Part shown: one piece after another, positions 50,413 to 58,757 of the stretch
Numbering within the stretch: the first letter of the stretch is position 1
How the letters are laid out: every line of letters starts with the position of its first letter
Source of the DNA: Candidatus Cloacimonadales bacterium
Lineage (GTDB): Bacteria > Cloacimonadota > Cloacimonadia > Cloacimonadales > JAFGVF01
Assembly: GCA_963677495.2 (NCBI GenBank)
Contig: CAXXOU010000004.1
Location: forward strand, 1,088,001 to 1,152,000
Length of the DNA stretch: 64,000 nucleotides
Reading direction: 5' to 3'
Position numbers and translations under genes: made by a program
Notes under the pieces: model-generated
The model's input: only the letters and a program-made list of their open reading frames with translations
What the model was told of the DNA's origin: nothing
The model's database searches: none

Positions 50413-51008
50413 TCATCCTCTTTTAATGATTCTCTAACTTTTGCTAATATATCAGGCTCCTCTTCTTTCTTGATTGCAAGGATCATATCACCGATTGTTA
50501 TGCCTACACCAATTATTAGGAATAACTGTGCTCCTTGCTGTAGATGATAGCCTAGATTAAACATCTCAAGGTTTTTAAAGCTGACTTGCGTGATAAAGAA
50601 AACCAAAGTTCTCAATATGGTGGCGCTTACACCAAATGCAAGAGCTTTAGCGACTCTACGCAACTCAGATTTAAAGAAATAAGCAACAAGAAAGTTCAAC
50701 CCAATAAACAATAATCCTAGTGGTAAGATTAACATTGGAATTGGCACTGCTTTGTATTGGAAGTTCTGCTTCAATATGATTGTAAATATGATTGCTGATA
50801 ATATCGCAGGGACAACTCCAAGATTTGCCTTTCCATTTCTACCAAACAGAGTAAAACACGAGATAGCAAGAGAGTATATATAGTACTCTGTCGCTTTTAA
50901 CTCAAAGAACTTAGCAGCTCCTCCAAAGAGAAATATCCCCATTATCGTAGTTAAAGCAAGTGGTATTAATACTATTACTAATCCCTTCACAAATCTATTT
51001 TCAGTCAT
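50409..51008 (-). CDS. Hypothetical multi-pass membrane protein
   Basis: GGAG RBS before MTEN; about six hydrophobic segments; overlaps trmB start. Confidence 0.75.
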   Translation of the reverse strand: MTENRFVKGLVIVLIPLALTTIMGIFLFGGAAKFFELKATEYYIYSLAISCFTLFGRNGKANLGVVPAILSAIIFTIILKQNFQYKAVPIPMLILPLGLLFIGLNFLVAYFFKSELRRVAKALAFGVSATILRTLVFFITQVSFKNLEMFNLGYHLQQGAQLFLIIGVGITIGDMILAIKKEEEPDILAKVRESLKEDE

Positions 51009-51098
51009 TTTATCTCCATAAAACATTAATAGGTTCATTCTTAAGGTTTATATGTGACTGTCAAGAATAGTGTTTATTACTTTTAAGAGGGAGATTGC

Positions 51099-51645
51099 AT
51101 TGTACTGCAATTATGCTGAAATATCGTGGCGTCGAAGTCGGCTTGTATTGTACTGCGATTCTCCTGAATTGCTGTGACGACGAAGTCGGCAAATGCCACT
51201 GACCTTGATTGGCAATGTATTAGTTATGAATATCAATACTAATTAACTAACACGAGATTGTTCACGAATATGGCTCTAACGAGCCATGTGCAAGTGAGGA
51301 CACTCGCACTACATTGTACTGCGATTCTCCTGAATTGCTGTGACGACGAAGTCGGCAACTTCCACTGACTTTGATTGGCAATGTATAAGTTATACATATC
51401 AATACTACTAAACTAGCACGAGATTGTTCACGAATATGGCTCTAACGAGCCATGTGCAAGTGAGGACACTCGCACTACATTGTACTGCGATTCTCCTGAA
51501 TTGCTGTGACGACGAAGTCGGCAACTTCCACTGACTTTGATTAGCAATGTATAAGTTATACATATCAATACTACTAAACTAGCACGAGATTGTTCACGAA
51601 TATGGCTCTAACGAGCCATGTGCAAGTGAGGACACTCGCACTACA
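51099..51645. repeat. BIME-like tandem array: three 166-bp units plus a 5' partial unit
   Basis: Units start at 51146, 51312, 51478; contain GTAC-TGCGATTC-tcct-GAATTGC and (minus) GTAG-TGCGAGTG-tcct-CACTTGCA. Confidence 0.95.
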
Positions 51646-51730
51646 ATCAAGTCCAACCAAAGGTAGTCGACGTACAAAAGAAATGGGGAAAGCCGGAAGG
51701 ATGGCTTTCCCCACACGAAGGGAGATTTAT

Positions 51731-52144
51731 TTATTGTATGATTATCTGTTTTGCCGGTTCAGGCTCAACTTTCGGAATTTCAATAGTTAGAACTCCGTTC
51801 TTCATGGATGCTGTAATCTTTGTCGCATCGCAATTATCACCTAGTGACACCGAACGCTTGTATTGTCCAACATAACGTTCTCGTCTGTGATACTTCTTGT
51901 CCTCTTCCAACGTTTCTGTCTTAGCTTCAATAGTTAAGACGTTCTCTGAAACATTGATGCTAACATCTTTCTTCTCAAATCCCGGAAGTTCAGCATCAAG
52001 AAGATATTTGTCATCTTCCTCCCTAATATCTAAGGCCATCACTGAACTGTTTTCTGAAAAGTCATCCCTAAAGAAGTTCTTAAAAAGATCCATCTTTGGA
52101 AAATCATGGAATGTGTCGAATAAGCTTACTGGATAATGTCTCAT
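51731..52144 (-). CDS. Hsp20/alpha-crystallin small heat-shock protein
   Basis: ELPGFEK, RRERYVG.YKRS, ASMKNGVLTIEIPK. Confidence 0.95.
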   Translation of the reverse strand: MRHYPVSLFDTFHDFPKMDLFKNFFRDDFSENSSVMALDIREEDDKYLLDAELPGFEKKDVSINVSENVLTIEAKTETLEEDKKYHRRERYVGQYKRSVSLGDNCDATKITASMKNGVLTIEIPKVEPEPAKQIIIQ

Positions 52145-52155
52145 TTTTTCCTCCT

Positions 52156-52572
52156 TTAGTTAATCGTTATTTTTTGTGGCTTTACTTTTTCAGCCATTGG
52201 AATTTTAACATAGAGAATTCCATTTTTCATTTCAGCACTAATCTCTACTGTGTTAAAACTGTTGTCTAGTTTGAATGATCGTTTCATCTCCACATTGCAT
52301 CTTTCACGACGAAGGTATGTTTTCTCGTCTGTTTCATTTGCTTTGACTTCTATTGTTAAAACATTCTCTTCTACTGCGATTTTTACATCATCTTTATTAT
52401 ATCCCGGCATCTCTGCCTGAATGATATATGCATTCTCTTTTTCATAAATATCAACTTTCATCGGAGTTACCCGATGTATTGGTCTGCAACCAAAATCGTT
52501 AAAAGCGTCGAACAATCTGTCCATCTCCCTCATTGGGAAGTAACCGGGTCTGTTTTTTACTAAGTATCTCAT
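52156..52572 (-). CDS. Hsp20/alpha-crystallin small heat-shock protein
   Basis: VDIYE, EMPG, RRER..MKRSF, AEMKNGILYVKIP. Confidence 0.95.
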   Translation of the reverse strand: MRYLVKNRPGYFPMREMDRLFDAFNDFGCRPIHRVTPMKVDIYEKENAYIIQAEMPGYNKDDVKIAVEENVLTIEVKANETDEKTYLRRERCNVEMKRSFKLDNSFNTVEISAEMKNGILYVKIPMAEKVKPQKITIN

Positions 52573-52639
52573 TTTTTCCTCCTGTTGATTCTTGATACAA
52601 GCATAGAATAATCAGCCCCGATTTTTTGTCAAATATTTT

Positions 52640-52666
52640 TTAGCAATCCTTTAACTTTTCTGCTAA
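52640..52666. promoter_or_regulatory. Degenerate CIRCE (HrcA operator) beside the hsp20 promoter
   Basis: TTAGCAATC-N9-TTCTGCTAA vs consensus TTAGCACTC-N9-GAGTGCTAA; TTGACA at 52632-52627 (minus). Confidence 0.65.
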
Positions 52667-52879
52667 TTTATATATATCTATAAATCTTTATATCCCATAT
52701 TTGCTTGCTAACCTGCTCTTTATAGATCTTTATAATTAATACTTTATTTTTTAGCAATCTTTATTTCCTACTAGCACTTCATTGCATCTTTCTGCTATTT
52801 TTGTATTCTAATGGGATTTAGGTTATGTTTTGGCTTATTATAATTCTTGCATAATAATCTCTACCAAATGGCATTCCCG

Positions 52880-52963
52880 ACCACGGGTTAACAACGGGTT
52901 AACAACGGGTTGACCACGGCTCCCGTCGTTTAGGCGTGGTTTACCCGTGGTTCTTCCGTGGTA
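52880..52963. repeat. 11-bp-period palindromic array, inverted homologue of 30951-31035
   Basis: CMACG at 52881, 52892, 52903, 52914; CGTSG at 52924, 52935, 52946, 52957. Confidence 0.9.
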
Positions 52964-53090
52964 AATTATGAATCAACTGTAAAGTTAAACACAAACTTAC
53001 GTTGCATCAATATTGGATAATATGACAAAATCCTGGATGTTTCAGGAATTAACATATCTAATTTCATCTGATTTACTTCTAACTAATTTA

Positions 53091-53425
53091 TCCCTCTATG
53101 CCCTATCATAATAAGACAACTACAAATCACGCTAACTACAGTAATTCAAGAAACTCTCTTATGATTTTGCCCTAGGGAGGGCCAAGAGACTCAGTAGAAT
53201 CACACAACTATTTCCCGGTAATTATGAGAGAGAAAAGGGACAAGCTTAGAGTTTAAAACAGCTAAATGCTTAAAGAGAATTGACAAAGGTAAACCTTCGG
53301 AATGGTCAATGACCTTGCAATGGTGTAAATCAGAGGAGATGAAGTCAGTATATCAATCGACTTGGGGTGGTTTGATTTAAATTTCAAGAGTACTATTGAG
53401 AAGGTCTATGGTACATTCGCAAGGT
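53091..53425. repeat. MITE-like copy (53091-53240) and REPIN-like element (53293-53425)
   Basis: CCTATCATAAT/ATTATGAGAG ends; inverted ACCTT..AATGGT modules. Confidence 0.65.
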
Positions 53426-53444
53426 AGTTAATGCACTCCAAATA

Positions 53445-53478
53445 TAAAAAAAGCCCCGTCTATATCGGGGCTATTTTC
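53445..53478 (-). terminator. Intrinsic terminator
   Basis: A7-GCCCCG..CGGGGC. Confidence 0.75.
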
Positions 53479-53495
53479 GATAACTATTTGCTAGT

Positions 53496-56216
53496 TCATC
53501 TAATCGAATGGTTTCGTTTAAACTCTAACCACATGGTTTTAGTTTGTTGTTGCTGATTAATATTGAAAATAACAGGATATTCACCTGCGTAATCACGTAC
53601 AGCAATTACCTGATAGAACATCTGGTCAGCGAAGAAACTTACACCTTGATGAGTGAATGATGTCTGATCAGTGATAACTAAATGATAATAGGCATTAGGA
53701 TCACTTTCAACTGTTTCTGAGTAGTTTACTATATAGAAATCAGGTGTAACAGCTATACCGTGTTCAGTAGTTGTTACAGCATCCCATGTGATTACTGCAT
53801 TGCCATTATCAAGCGTAAATCCTACATTTGATGGAGCAGGTAAAGAATCATATTCTCCATTACCTGTAAACGTAACTTGTATCATAGGATTATTAGTGGA
53901 GTTATTGCTGATATTTAATGTACCTGTGAAAACATCCTCAGCACTTGGTGTGAAGGTTACAAAGATAGAAGCTGTAGCACCAGGTTCGATTGGTGTACTT
54001 ATTCCTGCATAATCGAATGTATATGTATCTGAAGAACCGGCTTCAAACTCTACATTAGTTATTGTAACATCTGCAGTTCCATCATTACTGAGGATTATCT
54101 CCTTTGTATCGTCTTGTCCAAAGTAAACATTACCGAAGTCTTCTGAAGCAGAAGTAACTAACGACATCTCATAAGTTGGCGGAACGATTGTTTCACCATA
54201 TAGAAGAGCAACCTCTGACTCTGAGATACCTCTATCATACATTCTAATGTCATCTATCTGACCATTGAAGTATCTGCCATTAGTTCCCCACCTTGAAATT
54301 CTTAAATAGGGATTACTATATGTTACAGTTGCACTCATTTGGGTAGAATCTTCCAATATCCCGTTCACATAAGTTCTTAGATTAGTTCCATCTTTGATGC
54401 AAACTACATGTTTCCATTCATTAAGTGCAAGTGTAAACTCAGAATTCCCATCCGGATAAACGCCAAATCCGCAAGTATTACTGTTTTGATAAGATTGAAG
54501 AACCCAGTTGTTTGGATGATTATTATCAATAATAGTTCTCCAATCCGAGCCTATCATATCTCTATTAATCCATAGTGAAATTGAGAAATCATTATAATTG
54601 AACCAACTACCCATCTCCATATAGTCATTTGATCCATCAAAATCATAAGCACTGGCAGGGTTACCAAATCTGTCTGCAACTTGTGATGCTCCGTAATTTA
54701 TTCCATGATGTTCGTTACCACTCTCATCGAGTGTGTTTCCATTAAATGGATAGAAGGCAACAAGATTTCGTTCAACATCAGGATCAAAAATAGTGATATA
54801 ATCTGTGATCGTTTCAGAATCTGTATTGGCAGCTGTATGAGCAGTCAAAGTAACTGTGTATGTTCCGGCAGATGTGAAAGTAAATGTTGGATTCTGTTCT
54901 GTAGCATCAATAGTACCATCATCGTTGAAATCCCATTCCCAAGAAGTTGGTTCACCAATAGAAAGGTCGTTAAACTGTATTACTTCACCAACAACATGCT
55001 CTGTTCCCACAGCTTCAAACTCAGTATCAAGAATTAGCCAAGAGAAAGTAGGATATCCATCATTGTAATCTGGATGAATACGCCAGATATCAACATTTTC
55101 AGCATCATCATTTGGATTATCTACAAAATCCCAAGCACTATTTAAACCCGTTGTTGCAATATCTGTGAAAGTATCAACATCTTGCATATCTGTTGTTGTC
55201 TTAGCTGTACCACCATCACTCCAAGAATATTGAGCTACTTCATAATCCCAGAAAGTATTATCAACTCCTGCCCAAGAACCTCTTTCTCCTAAGATAGCGC
55301 CAACATAACTAGAGCCTGATACTTGACCTGTACTGAAGCATCTATTGATGTTACTCTCATACATTGAGCTTGTGATACCACCTATATATTGAGTACCTGA
55401 CACATTTGCTCTATTATAGCAGTTATTTATGTAAGTGAGTGGTGCGTGCCCAACAAGGCCTCCTGATAGACTACCACCAAAGACATCTCCTTCGGAGAAT
55501 GAATATAATACATTTGCATGGTATGTATAACCAATTAAACCTCCAACTCTGTTAGACGTTGCAGTTACATTAGCTATAGATGAACAATAACTTACAGTAT
55601 GTGTACTTGCATTCCCAATTAAACCACCAACCTTTTCAGTGCCTGAAACAGTCACATCTGTGCTACATCTAGTTATAGTTGTATAACCGCTATATGAGTA
55701 AGCATCTCCGACCAATCCACCAACTCTATCTGAGCCGGAAATAGTTCCTAAAACTCTACAGTTAGTTATTGTTCCACCATATTTAAAACCTACAAGACCA
55801 CCAATACCTGAGCCACCAGTGAAACTAACATTTACTAAATGTATGTTGTTTAAAGTTGAACTTTTACTGTAACCAAACATCCCTTGATCATAGGAGTTAA
55901 TAAGATTAATATATAATCCATCAATTGTAAATCCATTACCATTAAAAGTAGAACCCCAAAACTCGTTAACATCATTTCCGATTGGGCTGAATCCCTCACC
56001 ACCATTCCAGTTCTGAGTATCTGTAGCGTCGATATCATCTGTTTGCACATAGTATTTTTGGTGCCATTGATCAGAGTTAACACTTAACCATTCTAAGTTA
56101 TCCAGATTTGCTATTTCATACGGACTTGCAGATGTACCTGCTCCAGCAGGTTGTACAGGTACAGAAAACAAGCAACTAGTTGTTAAAAGATATAAAGCAA
56201 TAATAAATGCTTTCAT
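53496..56216 (-). CDS. Secreted multidomain surface protein (GLUG repeats, PKD, LamG, Ig-like)
   Basis: Signal peptide; GTSASPYEI; VGGLVG repeats; SWEWDFNDDG..GTYTVTLT; FNGQIDDIRMY; DFGNV..LSNDG. Confidence 0.9.
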   Translation of the reverse strand: MKAFIIALYLLTTSCLFSVPVQPAGAGTSASPYEIANLDNLEWLSVNSDQWHQKYYVQTDDIDATDTQNWNGGEGFSPIGNDVNEFWGSTFNGNGFTIDGLYINLINSYDQGMFGYSKSSTLNNIHLVNVSFTGGSGIGGLVGFKYGGTITNCRVLGTISGSDRVGGLVGDAYSYSGYTTITRCSTDVTVSGTEKVGGLIGNASTHTVSYCSSIANVTATSNRVGGLIGYTYHANVLYSFSEGDVFGGSLSGGLVGHAPLTYINNCYNRANVSGTQYIGGITSSMYESNINRCFSTGQVSGSSYVGAILGERGSWAGVDNTFWDYEVAQYSWSDGGTAKTTTDMQDVDTFTDIATTGLNSAWDFVDNPNDDAENVDIWRIHPDYNDGYPTFSWLILDTEFEAVGTEHVVGEVIQFNDLSIGEPTSWEWDFNDDGTIDATEQNPTFTFTSAGTYTVTLTAHTAANTDSETITDYITIFDPDVERNLVAFYPFNGNTLDESGNEHHGINYGASQVADRFGNPASAYDFDGSNDYMEMGSWFNYNDFSISLWINRDMIGSDWRTIIDNNHPNNWVLQSYQNSNTCGFGVYPDGNSEFTLALNEWKHVVCIKDGTNLRTYVNGILEDSTQMSATVTYSNPYLRISRWGTNGRYFNGQIDDIRMYDRGISESEVALLYGETIVPPTYEMSLVTSASEDFGNVYFGQDDTKEIILSNDGTADVTITNVEFEAGSSDTYTFDYAGISTPIEPGATASIFVTFTPSAEDVFTGTLNISNNSTNNPMIQVTFTGNGEYDSLPAPSNVGFTLDNGNAVITWDAVTTTEHGIAVTPDFYIVNYSETVESDPNAYYHLVITDQTSFTHQGVSFFADQMFYQVIAVRDYAGEYPVIFNINQQQQTKTMWLEFKRNHSIR

Positions 56217-56435
56217 ACTTCCCCCTTTACTATTTTTCAATAAACAAATGAAAAGTACTTAAATATTGATTAATGTCAAGGGAAATGATACATAACAGGC
56301 TAATATACCATTGCTTATGACTAGATTTGATTTGTTTTTTGAATTATCCTCAAAAGTTCAACTGTTAACCCTTAACTACCAAACATTATAATTTGAAAGA
56401 TTGACAATAGTCATTACATTCGAATTATTACACCC

Positions 56436-57344
56436 ATGGAAAGAAACAAAGCTAGAGAACTTTATGAGAAAACTTTAGAGAACAAACAGTATAAGAAGTT
56501 ATTGCGACTCTTCATTAAACATTATTTCTTCTTATTACTACATACAATAGCAAAGTTTATTGGGAGATATACAGGCCTTTCGAAGTTGGGTTATGCTAAT
56601 ACGTTAAAACTCAAAGTGAACCAATTCAACTTATTCTTCCCCGCACTCCCAAAATCATTCAATGGATACAAAATACTGTTTTTTAGTGATTTCCATTTTG
56701 ATAGTAATCCTACCATTGCAAATAAACTATCGATACTTATTAGTGATTTAGAATATGATTTAGTTTTAAGTGCAGGTGATTTCAAAGCTGCTCATATGCC
56801 TTACTATCAAGAGTTAAAACAGCTTTTTGACACTGGTTTCTCTACTTTAAAAGAGACACAACGATTTGCTGTAGCAGGAAACCATGATAATGCTAAAGTT
56901 GCTTCAATATTAGAGGGAACATTTGAGTTTCTTTATAATAGATCAGTTAAGATAATAAAAGATAATGAGCATATCCAGTTAATAGGAATCGATGATTGTC
57001 ATTTCTTCCAAGCTGATGATATTGATCTTGCTTTTAAAGAAGTTAATAAGGATGAGTTCAGCATTCTGCTCTCACACTCTCCTGAGATTTATCAAGATGC
57101 TGAGAAATTAGGTACAGACTTGACACTTTCCGGTCATACACATGGTGGTCAAATCTGCCTACCAGGTGGTATACCGATCATGGGAAATGTGAAGAAGAAC
57201 AGAAGTATCATTAAACAACATTGGAAGTATCGAAAAATGAAAGGCTTTACAACAAATGGAGTTGGCACTTCTTTGTTACCTATCAGATTCAACTGCCCAC
57301 CTGAGGTATGTCTGATAACTTTAAGAAGAGGATATGGAGCATAA
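56436..57344 (+). CDS. Calcineurin-like metallophosphoesterase
   Basis: SDFH, GD, GNHD, LSHSP, SGHTHGGQ. Confidence 0.93.
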   Translation: MERNKARELYEKTLENKQYKKLLRLFIKHYFFLLLHTIAKFIGRYTGLSKLGYANTLKLKVNQFNLFFPALPKSFNGYKILFFSDFHFDSNPTIANKLSILISDLEYDLVLSAGDFKAAHMPYYQELKQLFDTGFSTLKETQRFAVAGNHDNAKVASILEGTFEFLYNRSVKIIKDNEHIQLIGIDDCHFFQADDIDLAFKEVNKDEFSILLSHSPEIYQDAEKLGTDLTLSGHTHGGQICLPGGIPIMGNVKKNRSIIKQHWKYRKMKGFTTNGVGTSLLPIRFNCPPEVCLITLRRGYGA

Positions 57345-57346
57345 CT

Positions 57347-58141
57347 ATGCCACTAGAATTTCATAAAGATAGAAGTAAAAAGATAGAGCAACAATACTTT
57401 ACATCAAAAGACTACATTGTCCCTTTCATAGAAATACACTTGAACCTTGAAGGTAAAAGAATCCTGGAAATAGGTTGTGGAGAAGGTGGTATTCTTCAAG
57501 CTTTTATGGAAAAAGGTGCAATCTGCCATGGTGTTGACCTTGAAGTTGAGAAAATAGATTTTGCTAAAGATTATTTCGAAGATGCAATAAAACAAGAAAT
57601 GGCAATGTTTGTCCATGAAGATGTTTATGAAATCGCTACATCAGAAGTATATATGCACAAATATGACCTGGTTATACTTAAAGACACAATAGAACATATT
57701 CATGGGAAAGAGAAACTTATGCCTGTCTTGCAACAGTTTCTTAAAGATGATACAAGCTTGATATTTATAGGTTTTCCACCTTGGCAAAATCCGTTTGGGG
57801 GACATCAGCAGATGTGTGATTCAAAGCTCAAGTATACACCTTGGATTCATCTGTTACCCAAGAATATTTATAAAGCATTGCTTCTATTTGCCGGAGAGAG
57901 ATTTGATAGAGTTGATGGATTGTTAGACGTTTATGAAACAGGACTTAGTATAGAAGATTTTGAAAGATATGTATTTCAGGCTAACATGGAAGTTGTTGCT
58001 TCAAAACTATATCTAGTTAATCCAATATACAAGTTTAAATTCAATATGCCACCAACTGAGCAATCTGAAATAATCTCAAATATTCCTATCCTTAAAAACT
58101 TTCTTTCAACAACATGCTATTATTTGATAAAAAGGAAATAG
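57347..58141 (+). CDS. Class I SAM-dependent methyltransferase
   Basis: LEIGCGEGG, DTIEHI, FPPW..PFGGHQ; GGAG RBS before ATG 57347. Confidence 0.88.
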   Translation: MPLEFHKDRSKKIEQQYFTSKDYIVPFIEIHLNLEGKRILEIGCGEGGILQAFMEKGAICHGVDLEVEKIDFAKDYFEDAIKQEMAMFVHEDVYEIATSEVYMHKYDLVILKDTIEHIHGKEKLMPVLQQFLKDDTSLIFIGFPPWQNPFGGHQQMCDSKLKYTPWIHLLPKNIYKALLLFAGERFDRVDGLLDVYETGLSIEDFERYVFQANMEVVASKLYLVNPIYKFKFNMPPTEQSEIISNIPILKNFLSTTCYYLIKRK

Positions 58142-58142
58142 A

Positions 58143-58757
58143 ATGAGTAAAACTTATATTGTTACTAACTATTTCAAAAAAACAGATTTTTCCAATGATG
58201 ATTTCATTATTGGAGTAGACATCGGTTGTAAATTCCTTTTAGAAGCAGGTGTTATACCTCATGTAGTTCTAGGGGATTTTGACTCAATTCCTGAAAAACT
58301 TTTTAAACAACTACCCGATACAACTCAAATAATGCGTTACAATCCTATGAAGGCAAAGAGTGATACAGAGTTAGCTTTTGACTTTTGCCATGCAAACAAC
58401 ATGAAAAATATTGTTTTATATAACTCTCTTGAAGGCAGATTTGGTCATGTTGCGGGAATTATCTCTAACATGATATATGCATACAAACTTCAATTGAATG
58501 TAACGTTGAGAAGCAATGATTCAGAACTCTTTCTTATTGATTCTTTTAAAGATTTATCAGGATATAAAGCTAAGTTTGTTTCTCTTTATGCATTGTTAGG
58601 CGATGCTAAAGGTGTTTATTTAAAGGGTTTTAAATATCCATTGGACAATGGTGAAATCCCATTATTTACATGCCTTGGGCTAAGTAATGAGTTTGTAGAT
58701 GAAGTAAGAACTATCGAAGTACAAGATGGGCTTCTTCTTTGCATTATTGAATCGTAA
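58143..58757 (+). CDS. thiN: Thiamine diphosphokinase
   Basis: GVDIG, LGDFDSI, K.KSDTELA, GFKYPL, GLSNE. Confidence 0.9.
   Translation: MSKTYIVTNYFKKTDFSNDDFIIGVDIGCKFLLEAGVIPHVVLGDFDSIPEKLFKQLPDTTQIMRYNPMKAKSDTELAFDFCHANNMKNIVLYNSLEGRFGHVAGIISNMIYAYKLQLNVTLRSNDSELFLIDSFKDLSGYKAKFVSLYALLGDAKGVYLKGFKYPLDNGEIPLFTCLGLSNEFVDEVRTIEVQDGLLLCIIES

Noticed and set aside
51099..51645. CRISPR array
   Set aside because: Whole 166-bp units are near-identical with no unique spacers; no cas genes
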